Source: Octopus vulgaris
Taxonomy: Eukaryota
Reading direction: 5' to 3'
NCBI GenBank assembly: GCA_951406725.2
Contig: OX597823.1
Coordinates: forward strand, 70,928,001-70,992,000
DNA: 64,000 nucleotides
The number at the start of each line of letters is the position of its first letter. Within the stretch, counting starts at the first letter, position 1. The notes under the pieces were generated by a model, which had not been told where the DNA came from, did no database searches, and saw only the letters and a list, made by a program, of their open reading frames with translations. Shown one piece after another: positions 42,303 to 55,209 of this stretch. The translations under genes were made by a program, and so were the position numbers.

Positions 42303-43320
42303 TAGGGACAACTGAAGAAGGGTAATGTTCTTTACGTTACATGGCTCGTTTCTCTGTTTGTTTTGTCTTTCGTTGTTCGAAAGAACGTCCGTTTCTATGT
42401 TTTTGTTTTATGTTTTTGTTTCTCATTGTGTTCAACGGTTTTTTGATGTCCTGTGCCCATACATGCATGTATATATACATATATATGTAGGTATGTACAT
42501 ATATGTGCATATATTATTTATATTATTATATGATCGAACGCCACGCATCCTTTTCCAAGTAAGTTTCATCTTAATAATTACGATGCGCACTCTTCTATCT
42601 TTACTATCTCTTCTCTTTCTATCTCTCTCCCCCTGTTGTTTTTCATCATTTCTGGTTTTCTCTCCCACCCTTCCCTATTCTTCTCCTCTACTCTTCACCG
42701 TTCCACCTCCCTCACTCCTCCTCCTCGACTCTCTCGTCACTGACACGTGACGAAAGAGAATCTACCGTTCTACCCACAACCTTCGTAAAGACTAATCGTG
42801 CTTATACTGTCTCCTTCATAAGCTCGTCTTCCTAGACGTTCAGAATAATTTTCCCATCGTCTTAGCTTAACAGCCCTTACCGTTTGTTTTTACTCTTTTG
42901 TTCTCATTGTTCTGTCTTTTACTGTTTTTACGTTTTTATTGGTTTTACTGTTTTGTTCTCACTGTTCTGTGCTTGTTACCACTTTCAACCCCCGCAAAAA
43001 ATCCCAAATTTTATTTAATTTGCTTTACGGGAAGGACTGTTTCAACGACGTCGCGTCTTGTCCTTGCCTTCAGAATGTGGAGTAGTTGAAGCTGGGACAA
43101 CTGAAGAAGGGAAATATTCTTTATGTTGTATGTCTTGTTTCTCTGTTTGTTTTTTTTCGTTGTTCGAAAAAAGTTCGTTTCTACGTTTTTGTTTTTGTTT
43201 CTCATTGTGTTACACGTTTTTTGATGTCCTGTACACATATATGCCTCTATATATACATATATATGTAGGTATATACATATATGTATGTATATATGCATAT
43301 ATATATATATATATATATAT
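42303..43320. mobile_element. Non-coding partial-tandem element (PLE pseudo-LTR-like), copy 3, opposite orientation
   Basis: gggacaactgaagaaggg...gatgtcctgt occurs at ~42305 and ~43094 (period ~790 bp). Reverse-complement similarity to 1565-2590. Confidence 0.65.
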
Positions 43321-43376
43321 ATGCATGCATGTAGGTATACGACGTACAAGTACAAACGCACAAACATACATATATG

Positions 43377-43421
<45 letters not shown>

Positions 43422-43863
43422 TTGTAAATACAGAGAGATCTAAATAGGCTTTGTCTTATTAGCTACCACCTTTATGAATCATGTGAAAGGTGAAATTCTA
43501 ATTTTCCGAAGTGGAACATCATACAATTGTAAAATTATATTTGCTCACTACAGCAAGTAAATGGTTACTTAGAAAATATTTCGGAAACATACAGTCGACA
43601 TTTTGTCAGCATATTAAATAATCTACCGCTCAACTAACAAACAAACACATGAACATAGGAATAGATTTTGTTATAGGAATTTATGAATTAAAGATCAAAC
43701 GTAGTCAGTAAGAACACACTTTCATCACACGTGGGTAACTGGAGTTGTTTATGGCGTTAAAATGCAATTTCAAAGTTTTGAAGCACGATACGGACGTCTC
43801 AAATGACGTACCATAAAATACACAATTCTATTGTTCCCTGTCTTTAATGTGATATATATGAAC

Positions 43864-43900
<37 letters not shown>

Positions 43901-43958
43901 AGTTAGATGCACATCTATATGTAGATCATGTATTTTTGTATGTATATGCATGTATGTA

Positions 43959-44043
<85 letters not shown>

Positions 44044-44119
44044 ATATATATATTTAAAAAAACAAAAAGACGAAGAACAACAAGCCGGTGTATTAGTTTG
44101 ACACTTGGGAACGTGAGGT

Positions 44120-44155
44120 CTTTTACGTTTCGAGCCTAGGCTCTTCAACAGAAAA
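44120..44155 (-). ncRNA. Minimal hammerhead ribozyme variant (core CUGUUGA)
   Basis: The minus strand reads TTTT-CTGTTGA-A-GAGC-ctag-GCTC-GAAA-CG-TA-AAAG. Same element family as 20558. Confidence 0.55.
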
Positions 44156-44389
44156 GAAGAAGAGAAAATAAACAGAGAGAGAGAAAAAAACTTGTGGAAT
44201 TCGCGGTCAAGCAGGATTGATAGCATAGGTAGAAAGAAGGGGAGATAATAAAGTATTGGTAATCCCAAAACGAAGGTGCGCGTGCGTGTGTGTGTATGTG
44301 AGAATGTGTAAGTATCTGTGTGTGTAGATAGGGGCTAGTGACTTTCCTCCTCTCTGTGTTTAGCCCCTTGTGGGTAGTAAAGAAATAGG

Positions 44390-44568
44390 TATTGCGAAAT
44401 GCCTGACTGGGAGCCCAACTCTCCGAAGCCTTCTTAAGGCTTAGAAAAACATAACTGCAGCGATAAGTGTGTGAATCTGAGAGGGGAATATGTTGATTTA
44501 AATCATAATTAATCGATCCTCCTATATTTTGTTTTACCACAAGCCAGGAACTATTCAGTACCTCCTCG
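44390..44568 (+). mobile_element. Mariner 3' terminal fragment
   Basis: KCVNLRGEYVD resembles a mariner transposase C-terminus. A TIR-like end ...ggaactattcagtacctcctcg is followed by TA. Confidence 0.65.
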
Positions 44569-44644
44569 TATGTATGTATGTATGTATGTATGTATGTATG
44601 TATGTATGTATGTATGTATGTATGTATGTATGTATGTATGTATG

Positions 44645-44689
<45 letters not shown>

Positions 44690-44706
44690 ACACACACGCA
44701 CACACA

Positions 44707-44742
<36 letters not shown>

Positions 44743-45255
44743 TAGGACAGATCTTTGTCAGAATTTCTGACCATGGTTTTTCAGTTGTTTGAGAAATCTA
44801 GTCACATTGAATCCCTTAAGTGTAAGAATACTGAAAACATGTGTACCCTCAACATAATTGGCGGGGGGAAACCACCTTGTTATAAACTGAAGTTGGACCT
44901 TTGAATTGTTGGTATAATACGTCTAGCGTGCTTCCATGTTGTTTTCCTCAAACCAATTTCACTAACAAGTCAGTCAGATACTAGTTGAATGTAACTCGTG
45001 CCTAAGATGAAAGACAGTCGGACCGAACTCAGGATATCACATTTGAAAAGCGAACTTCTTAAAGATTGGGCCATACCGTGCCCACTCCAGTACGTATATG
45101 CATATGTATACACGCATGCATACACGTATGTATGAGTGTGTGTATTTGTAATAATTATGTGTGTGTATATGTAAGTATAACTGTTAACTCTATTGATTCT
45201 TTAAAGACGTGTATAGGTTTTCTGAAAATTATATTTGCATTATAACCTTATTATT

Positions 45256-45600
45256 TGTTATGAAATGGTGTTTTCCACAGTTATAATGTGTGCCCACTGT
45301 TGTGACTGTAACTGTTGTATCTATTATAGTGGCCACGATATTTTCTTGATATCAGATACAGTGTATCTCTTCTATAGCGTAATGGTAATACACCGCTTCG
45401 TCTAACGTGCTATCGCTGATAACGCTGCAAGACACCAAATTTGAACCGTCTACCTTGACTGTGACTCGAACTCGACTGACACTTAACTCCAACTGAGAAC
45501 ATGACAAACGACTCCCTGTAGTGGTTGACGTCGTCTCACTTTATAGTGGCTGGCACATACCACTTGTCCCGTGGGAGGGGTGTAACTTTTCCCCTACACA
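45256..45600 (-). repeat. 3' LTR
   Basis: Aligns with 48403-48683 plus 50143-50216; the polypurine tract is adjacent. Confidence 0.92.
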
Positions 45601-45656
45601 ACCTCCCCTTTTGTTTTGTTTTCTGTTCGGGAGGCAAGTAATTTTATTTTGCTTTA

Positions 45657-46814
45657 TTAGCCCCACCTCCCTTTCTTGAGTTGCTCCTTCTTTTTATTTG
45701 TACAACTTAATATTTTGTTTAGGCGTGTATTCATTTTTCTTCCACTTGTACGCGTGTATTCAACCACCTGTAAAGGTGTTGGTACCTGGAATGTGTCATA
45801 CAGCCATTCCATACGTACTTCCAATCTGTTTGGTTCATTTTCTATGAATCTCTCCTTTAATTGATTTCTGAGTCTTTTTTCAATGCCTTTTTTGGTTTTT
45901 ATCTCATACATCATTTGTCCTATGCACTTTGTAATTTCGCCTTCTTCCCAGTACAGTTTTCCGTTTTTATACAATCCCATGTACATCTTATCACAAAATT
46001 TGAAAAACTTTCACATGTCCTTTCTAATAATCTTTCTTTCCTCGCCAGTAGCAGCTTATCAAAAACTGATTTCACCTTCCTTGCGAAGATTAGTTCTGCT
46101 GGTGAACCTTTTGGTGAATTCGGGTTCGGTGTCACCTTGTACATTCTTAAAAATTGTTGAAGAGTGACTTCGTTTGTGACTTCCTTTGAGACTTCCTTGT
46201 TGGCTTTTCTTAATTCTCTTTTAAAGGTATCAACAAAACGTTCTGCCTGTCCATTTGATCTAGGATGGTAAGGCGTTATCATTATATGTTCTACCGTGAA
46301 CATTTCACAGAAGTTTCTAAATTCACTGGACACAAATTGTGTTCCATTATCAGACACAATCACGCCTGGGATGCCAAATCTTGTGAATTATTCGTGCAAA
46401 ACATTTATTACAGTTGAGGAGGTTGGTCTTTTGCACTTAACAATTTCGGGCCATTTTGTATAACTGTCAAATACTACTAAGTAGTAATTACCATTAAATG
46501 AAACCGCGAAATCGATGTGTAATATCGACCATGGGATTTGTATTTGTAGCCAAGGCTCCCATTTTTTAGTAGGCAATTTCACTATCAGAGCACATCTCTA
46601 GCAACCTTTTACCAAGTTTTTCATTACCTTATCCATCTTTGGCCAATATACATAACTGTGCACTAGCACTTTCCTCCTTGAGATCCCTTGATGCCCAATG
46701 TGAAATTCTTTCAACATCCTTTCTTTGTAGTGTCTCCGGTATCATTACCCTTTCGCAACACATCAGTACACCGTCACATGTTGAATATATGCTTACGACT
46801 TGGTGTATTTTCAT
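45657..46814 (-). pseudogene. Integrase (zinc finger, DDE core, C-terminal part), frameshifted
   Basis: DGVLM..RVMIP, YVYWP, PWSILHIDFA, IVSDNGTQF, HPRSNGQAERFVDTFK. Confidence 0.92.
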
Positions 46815-46862
46815 TCTCTTTGGGCCTAAAAATAGGTGTTGTACTTTCTTTTACAGCAATCC

Positions 46863-48200
46863 TCACTTTTGTTTTAGTGCAACAGAAAAATCCTTCAAGA
46901 AAAAAAAATTGGGAAATGATTTATCTTTTTTTTGTCTCAGTTCTTCAACTTCACTCGAGCCTTTGACCGCCCCAACTACATTTCCACAGAGAACGCTTAT
47001 GGGGGTGTTCCACATTTTAAATAACTCCATGCATTCTGTTCCAAATAAGTTTAGGGATTTTTCAACACAAATATTTGCCCTTTTTGTTTTACTTCGAAAA
47101 GTTACATTGCAAACGCATTCGCCGATAAAATATAATTTCCTTCCAGTAACATCACATGCTGCTTTATTGGATCTAAATAATTTCGGCTTAGCTATTTGTT
47201 TCCATGTTTTTTCATTTATGATATTGATGTCATTACCCGTTTCTAATTGCATTTTGACACTTGTAGTTTCGATTTTCACCTTGACGAATTTTCTGTTCGT
47301 TGTACTAACTTGTTTTACTGATGACAAACTATTTTATTTTTCTCGCTTGTTCCAAATTTTCGCCATTTTAGTTCTACAGTGCAATTTCATATGTCCTGTA
47401 TTCCCGCAACGAAATCACACCGCTTTTTTCAATGGACAATTTTTCCTCAAGTGCATACCATCACATGCTATACATGGATTTACATCCTGATGTATATCGT
47501 ACTTTTTGTGAAACATATTTTCCGTCTTCAAACTCTTCCGCACTTGTTTTACCTGGAAACAATCTCTGCGTTGGATTTCCTATGTACCATGTCTTACTTC
47601 TAATATCATATCGCATTCTTCTGAAAGTTTCTGCAGGGTTATATCATGGTTCATTTCCAGCTTTGTGATCATTTTCCTTCTGAATTCTGCGTCCTTTTTA
47701 TCAGTAAGTTCCTATGCAAAAATCAGGCATTTGAACGAATCTGGAGTTAGTTTATCCAGTTTAAACCTCTCGCGTTCCCTCCCTGTTCACTCCACCTACA
47801 TACGTAGTGAAGTCTTCGTCATCGCTTTTCTCAATGTTCAAACGCTTCCAATATATGTTGAACAACGAGATCTTTTCACTGAACATCTTACATAAAATGT
47901 CAATTGTGTAGCTAAAATATTTTAGGTAGTATAAAGTTACTGTATTTTTCATGCTCTATTATCGACAGTTTCCTGAAAATTAGACGCGTTTTCATTTCGT
48001 CAGTCCAGTTTTGACATTCTTTTTCAAAAAATTGTTCAAATCTTCGGTGATATGCCTCGAAGGTGGCTCCTTCTTCATATCTAGATTCATTTACTGAAAT
48101 GGCTACATGGTCAGTCAAAAACATATTTTCAGGTTTTGTTTCCAACTTCATTAGCTGTAGCATTTGTTACTGTAACATCTGTTGTTGTTGGTCTGTTCTT
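46863..48200 (-). pseudogene. gag plus aspartic protease relic
   Basis: TFEAYHRRFE..F gag-like segment; FRCGNTGHMKLHC knuckle near 47380-47415; protease LETGNDINII (cf. LDTGS) and NLFG. Confidence 0.85.
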
Positions 48201-48683
48201 TGAGCTGTTGTTGCTGTTTTTCCAACTCAGCTAAACCCACCAAAATGTTTTCTACGATTTTACGGATTTTTCGTGTACAACAAAACGTTTGTTACTCCTC
48301 TGTCGAGTTGATAATTTCTCCACGTGTGTTTTTTTTATAAAATTCTTCCGTGGGAATTTTTTTCAACGTCGTCCGTGTGAATTGTTATATCCCTGTCGCC
48401 ACTGTTATGATGTGGTGTTTCCCATAGTTATAATGTGTGGCCACTGTTGTGTTTGTAGCTGTCGTATCTACTCTAGTAGCCACGATATTTTCTTGGTATC
48501 AGATACAATGCATCTCTTCTATACTGGAATGGTAATACACCACTTCGTCTATCGTGCTATTGCTGATAACTCTGCAAGACACCAAATTTGAACCGTCTAC
48601 CTTGACTGTGACTAGAACTCGACTATAGCGCGTAACTGACACTCAACTCCAACTGAGAACTCGTACAGCGTCTAACACACGAC

Positions 48684-50130
48684 AAATTTCTTTACTGACC
48701 ACCAGGGCCCTACACAGAAGGGACAGCACAAGGACAGACAATACAATACAAAATAGGGACATAAAACAAATGGATGGGAATGAATTATAAATGAAGGTGA
48801 AATGGCCACTCGAGCCCCACTCTCGAGTGGTTACATTTAACTGTTTTTGATGTTATAACATTTTTATCTTTTTTTTTATAATATTAAAATTTACTTACAG
48901 TTTTTTACCAGTTTATATATGGAGTTAACTTTTTAAAGTCTACGACTGGAGATAGGATATCATACTCCATTTCCATTCCTAACGGGTCGGTGTTCGAACC
49001 GAATAATTCCCTCAATTTAGCGTGTCTTTCCCTGACTATCAATAGGCACTTTGTGCTTTCTGTGTACTTTTCTGCCGGCAATTTAACTCTAATCACTGAT
49101 TTGAACTTGATGACTTTTCGCTGTCGCCGTGCTTTTAGAATATGTCATTATGTATGCTTTGTTTTGAGAAGGGGGCTGGTGCTTTTGCAGGACTGTGTGT
49201 TATGCCTGTCTGTGCTTGTGTCTGCTTGTCTACAAGGTGAACTCGGACTATCTGGAGCAGTTTCCTTTTTATTGGATGTTATGCTGTGTGGGTGTACCTT
49301 GTGTGTTGTGTGTTTCCTGTATAATCTCCTCTGTTTTGCTGTTCTTCCTCTTCTTTGCTGTACTTTTAGGAGGTGTATCTCCCGTTTTTTTCCTTTCCTT
49401 TTCGATATTTCGGCACATCCCTCCTCCTTTATTTTAATGTGCCCCTTTTCTCCACAGTGGTAGCAGGTAGGCGGTCTTCCCTCTACCACCACTCTCAGCT
49501 TTGTATCTTCAGGCAACAACACCTCTTTTGCTATTTCATTCAAGTCTTGCTGGGTGACCTGGATAACCATTTCCAGGCCGTGACCCCATTAATTTATTTT
49601 CTTCGTTCTTGCAACTTGGATTAACTTTTGGTTCCGTACATCACGGCTGCCACCAGCCACGCTTCTTCGATTTCAGGTGGCATCCTGCCGATCCTAATTC
49701 TTGCAACTCTTTTGCCGCAGTAGGTCAGCAGAAGTGATTTATTGCCTCTTCTTCGGTGGCAAGCTTCACCTCTACAGTGCCATATCGCAGCACTCTTCAC
49801 TTCTTCCATACATTTCTCAATGGCTTCCTCTGATGCCATCTTTATTTTCTTATTGGTTATGGACAGCGTTCTCTATACCACTGACCTCCTTCTCGTTTTG
49901 CTGGTTACTTCCTCTGGAGGCGTCAACCATAAAGTCTCTTCGCCCCTAAATGGAGGAAAGAAAACAAAACAAATACACAAGTCCACAGGCAAAACAGCAA
50001 CAAAATTCAACAATAGGCACTAAGCCTTCAACAATCAGATAAACAAGAGTACTCGACGGAATGACAAGGATTTAAACAAAAGCGATTAACACAGAGATTC
50101 GGGTGCACACCGAACTCGTACCTTTGCTGA
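48684..50130 (-). mobile_element. ORF1-only L1/Tx1-like non-LTR element inserted in the 5' LTR
   Basis: 12-bp TSD ct(a/g)acacacgac at 48672-48683 and 50131-50142. ORF1-like RIRIGRMPPEI and VVVEGRPPTCYHCGEKGH. No endonuclease or RT visible. Confidence 0.75.
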
Positions 50131-50332
50131 CTGACACACGACTCCCTGTACTGGTTTATAGTGACGGACACATACCATTTATTCCATGAGAGGGTTGTAC
50201 CATTTCCACTGAAACAATATTATTTTCAAGTCTTTCGAAACCCATTGTGCGACCGGTTTCAAGGTTTAATTTGTTGCTTTGGTTACCTGAGATTTGGTTG
50301 CCACTACCAAGAGTAGTGTAGGGATAATATGC

Positions 50333-50692
50333 TTTTCTGGCTGATACTAGATGTAGATGTGACATTTTATGGAAAACCGTACTGGTTAATAATAAAACTT
50401 CTCACTGCATAAATTATGCTTAAAGTATGTTCTGTATTGCTATAAATAACAATACTACTTTTATATCTTCAATATGAACGGTATAAGATATTCATATACG
50501 CTTCTTGCAATATTTTCTGGCTGACGCCAGACAGATGTTACATTTTATGGAAAATTGTACTATTTAATAATAAAACAGCTCACTGCATAAATTACACGTA
50601 AAGTATTCACTGTATTACTATGAATAACAATACTTCTCTTATGTCTTCGATATGAACGGTATAAGATATTCATATACGTTTCTTGCAATATT
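50333..50692 (+). repeat. Tandem duplication, ~180 bp unit x2
   Basis: ttttctggctga...gaacggtataagatattcatatacg.ttcttgcaata occurs twice. Confidence 0.9.
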
Positions 50693-53054
50693 TAAATATG
50701 TTAACGATAGGTTTATGATTCTGTGTATAAGTAGGTCATTGTTGCACAGAATTTCCACATCTATACTTCTCTTGAAATCGGATGATTGCTCGACGTTTCT
50801 GTTCAGGTAATTAAACAGTGTTTACTTTATTCAATTAAAGCGTTCTCTTAGTTGAGAGAGAATGTCTATGGTAGATTGTTGTATATTCAACTCTTCTTTC
50901 TTGACAGCCTATGGAACTGCTCTCTTCAGGAAACGACTGTTACGAGTCTTCTTTAACTTTCTTATAAGGATGTAGCTTGGTAAAGCAAAATGACTTGCAT
51001 CTATTGAATCTGCAAACAATATACAAACATTCGATACTCTTTGAATTTTCTTTGTTCTAAATAAAGCTGACTTTTTCTCACGGATGAAAGAAGCTTCGCT
51101 ATTGTTAGGCTGGGCTGATTCATAACTGACAAAAGTGTTTGTATTTATAAGTAATCATTATTCAGGAACACATTTTGATGTTCGTTGGCTCTATAAAATA
51201 CCTACCATATATTCCCAGTATCAGCTTTAGTCCAACAGCATTTAACTTGATCTTAATCGCTGGAGGGTTCAAGTCTTTCATCAACCACATAGAAGATTTT
51301 TCTGTACCCATGAATCTTAATATTTTTATCAAATGTGCATTTGGTAAGAGTATACAGTGTACAGCTTGCACAGCTCTGAGATGGAAGATATTTTCTGAAC
51401 CGAACTAAAGTCATATGGTCAGAGTGAAACAATTTTGTAAATATTCAGACATCTGGTTTTAGCCAATTTTTTAAACTTGAATATTTCTTTTACTCTTGCC
51501 GATAAAATTATCTGGTATGTGTTAAAGACATGGGCATTTCTTATAAGATTTCTATAACGATTAGATTGTAGTTACACTCGAATTCTATGCAGAGTTCAAT
51601 AACCCAAACTAGAACAAATGGGACATTATAATGTTGCTGTATGTAGAAGTGAGTTTAAGGATTAGTAAATATACAAAGAAACCTTGTAAAAATACAGAAA
51701 ATTGCAATAGCCATTTAAATATTAGTTACTGTAACCTACTCTACATCTTAACAAGAACGATCAGTCAGTAAAGGGTTCTTCAAAATTCCTAGGAGACACT
51801 CCCCCACACAACATTAATATATAAGTTGAATAAGCACCCAACAATGTGACTAATACATTCATAATGCCTAATTAAAGATATTGTGGACGATGGCATCTTG
51901 AAGTCATATATTGATAAGACATTGAATCTATCATATATCTTATATATCCATAATTTTAATACTTTTAATACCTCATCCCGAATAAGCTTTCTAAAAACTC
52001 TTCATCTTGAATGCACAGAGTTTTTGAGCCATTCACACATTACCAACTCAATAACTATTCACAACGCTAATGAACGTAAAAGTCTATGTGTGCCACTTTT
52101 AATGTATTATCTCATTTAACAAGGCAGTAGTCACAGTAAATAAAGTAAAAGGAAATAAATATACATAAAAGTATTTTTAAAAGGAAATGTATGAAACGAG
52201 TAAAAAATTTATAATAATGCACGCTTACTTATAGTAATAGGCATCTATAATTAAAGTTCACGAATGTTGTTATGTTATAAACTAAGTTGAATGCCGTCGC
52301 TTCTAAAAGTTGTGGAATGCCAAGAAGAATTTAACCATGTCATTAAAACACGAGGCTGGGGATAAGTGGTCAGGTTACTAACGCATCATTAATCTGAGGA
52401 GTGATGTATGTTAGAAGGGCAATCAGTAGAAAAGAAAGTAGAATTTAAAAATGATGACGGTGGAGAAGAAGAAGAAGAAGAAGAAGCAGGAGGAGGAAGA
52501 GGAGAAGAAGAAGAAAAAGAAGAGGAAGAGCACCTTTTAAATGTTTGAGCACTTTAAACTAGCAACAAACAGCTAAAAAAGCCCGCCAAAAACTAATAAA
52601 ACCGCAGGCTGCATGTATGCTTATGTTTACAGATATATGCACATGCATATATATACACATTACTTGACGCCTGTTAACTCAATTCAACAAGTTTTGTTCC
52701 ACATTCTGCAGGTATTAAAAATCCCAATCTCATTATGAAGGCTTTGTGTGTGGAGCATGTAGGGTGGTGGTGCCGGTTTTGTTGCCGACGACCTCAGCAT
52801 TTTACAGTCCGTACTGGGTTATAGGTTACCTGTAGTGCACTCTAGCCATCAGTATTAAGAATTCTTTATCGGCACTTTCCGGATGATTATGATCCCTGTT
52901 TCATCCATATGCGTTAAATTGCAGCATTAGAGCATTTAGCTATTCTTTCTGGCATTGTAGGTGTTTCTTAACAGCCTAGTTAAATTTTGTGACAATTATA
53001 ATTCTCCCTTTTAGTTTAAACATTGCAGCCTGCTGTTTATATTTATTTTATGTA

Positions 53055-53458
53055 TAGGTGCAGGAGTGGCTGTGTGTTAAGTAGCTTGCTTACCAACCAC
53101 ATGGTTCCAAGTTCAGTCCTATTGCTTGGCAGAGGCACATTGGACAAGTGTCTTCTACTATAGCCTTGGACCGACCAAAGCCTTGTGAATGGAGTTGGTA
53201 GACAGAAACTGAAAGAAGCCTGACGTTTATATATATATATGTATATATATGTTTGTGTGTCTGTGTTTGTCCCACCACCAATGCTTGACAACCGATGTAG
53301 GTGTCTTTACGTCCCAGTAACTTAGCGGTTTGGCAAAAATGACCGATATAATAAGTACTAGACTTAAGACGAATAAGACCTGGGTTCAATTCCTTCGACT
53401 AAAGGCGGTGCTCCAGCACGGCCGCTGTCAAATGACTGAAACAAAATAACAGAATAAC
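53055..53458 (+). mobile_element. SINE family A
   Basis: Homologous to the other family A copies. Confidence 0.9.
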
Positions 53459-53552
53459 GGTAATGAAGTGTTAAATCAGCCCTTAATTTTCATGAGAAAA
53501 AACATATATACTAATGGAGAAGCTAGTCCGCAAAAAGCCGAGATCGAGCGGG

Positions 53553-53601
53553 CTACACTGATGAAGCATCGGAAAATGTCGAAACTGACGCCAGTATTAT
53601 G
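53553..53601 (+). ncRNA. Degenerate type I hammerhead motif
   Basis: CTGATGA-ag-CAT-cggaaa-ATG-tc-GAAA-CTG-acgc-CAG-TA. The core and stem III are intact; stem I is poor. Confidence 0.4.
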
Positions 53602-54439
53602 AATTCTCAATAGGTATTTTTCGGACGATTCAGGTCCCTTTTATTGTATATGTTTTCAATTCATGTGCCTTAACTACAGCATTAGAGCATTTTCAATTTT
53701 ATTTCTAGCAATGTAGGTGTTTCTTAGTACCCTAGTCACATTTAGTGTGTGTGTATGTGTGTGTATGCGCGCTCGTGTGTGTTGTATATGTGTGTATGTC
53801 TGCGCGCATGCAGAAATTCAGCTATAACTTTGCTTAATGACATTTTCATTTATTTTAGCGCATTGGTCTCTTTAAACAACCTGTTTAGGTGAATATCGAA
53901 ACCAATTTGTAACCTTTCGTGTGTGTATTACTTTTAATGAGAGCAAAAAATAATTGAATCTTCATATTCTTTCATTTCAGATGACACAAACGATTCCTGC
54001 GATACAATGTGGGACACGCTCTCATGCTGGCCGAAGACTGCTGCTGGGAAAGAATCTTATATACCCTGCCCTCATCCACATCAAGGAATTGACTTCACCA
54101 GTACGTATTGAAGTATTTGGAATGTCTTTTGAATTGTTGTGATGAAAAATAAAGGAAGTCATTTGGGGGTCTTACATTATGCATATGAATGTCTTTGATG
54201 ATTTTATTCACTCTAACGCTCCAGGCATTTCATTGGCTGAAAAGTCGAAATCGATAAAGTGCTTGATGCCCCGTGATGTATTTATCTGCAGTTAGTGTTT
54301 GTATGCACATACATACATACATACATACATACATACATACATACATACATACATACATACATACATACATGCATACATGCATGCATACATACATACATAC
54401 ATATATGTACTCTGAACACCAATGTGGTTCGAAAAATAC

Positions 54440-54790
54440 AAAAGAAAGAGGACATGTTTGGACAATTAATAAGAAATTTGCAATATGGCGTCCATATTGT
54501 GATGAACTACATTTACCAACATTATGGTGGATCTACAAGTACATGTACACATGTGTGTATATATATATATGTATATATATATCTGTGCATTGGAGGGAAC
54601 TTAAGGAAGAGAATAGCTCATCGGTTCTATACCGGCATGGCGAGCGGGAATACGGGACCTCACTCAACAACATAAAAGTTGAAAACTTGTCCACATATGG
54701 AACGGACGCAACGCTTAGACAAATTACGGAAGGTACACAAATAATAGCAGATAAACCTAGCCTAAATAGAAAACTATACATAAAAAATAT
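54440..54790 (+). pseudogene. PLE GIY-YIG endonuclease C-terminal relic interrupted by a microsatellite
   Basis: HWRELKEENSSSVLYRH...DATLRQITEGTQII..PSLNRK resembles PLE endonuclease C-termini. A hammerhead lies ~260 bp downstream. Confidence 0.6.
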
Positions 54791-55047
54791 AATATATTAA
54801 ATTAAATTAATACAAAGATGAAAGAAATGAAAACGTAGATAAAAACAAATTAAATTAAATTAAACGAACGTGTATAAACAGGAGATACTGATAACGCAGG
54901 TACCATACATATTGCCACCCCACTCTTAATAAACATAAACACACACAGGGATATACGCATGCGCAAATAAAGACACATATAACAGGAAAACAAAATATCA
55001 GACCGTTAGAAAGGAGAGACAGAAAAAAGAAATAAGGAAGCAAAGGA

Positions 55048-55087
55048 CCACTGATGAGGTCACAGAAGTGTGACGAAAGAACTGTGG
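55048..55087 (+). ncRNA. Type I hammerhead ribozyme motif, G at the cleavage position (probably inactive)
   Basis: CCA-CTGATGA-G-GTCACA-gaag-TGTGAC-GAAA-G-aa-C-TG-TGG. Confidence 0.65.
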
Positions 55088-55209
55088 GCGAAATACAATA
55101 AATTTGAAATAAAGCTGACGCAAGTGAAGACCAAATATACATTGTGTGTGATTTCATTGGCTAAACTGGCAACATGAACATCCCTAAATACAACAATATA
55201 TATATATAT

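Larger units (their letters stand above)
45256..50216 (-). mobile_element. Gypsy (Mag-like) LTR retrotransposon, degenerate, lacking RT/RNase H
   Basis: TG..CA LTRs at 45256-45600 and 48403-50216 (interrupted). PPT at 45601-45612; PBS tggcgacaggg next to 48402; flanks ttatt/atatt. Gag zinc knuckle, protease and integrase relics are present. Confidence 0.92.
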
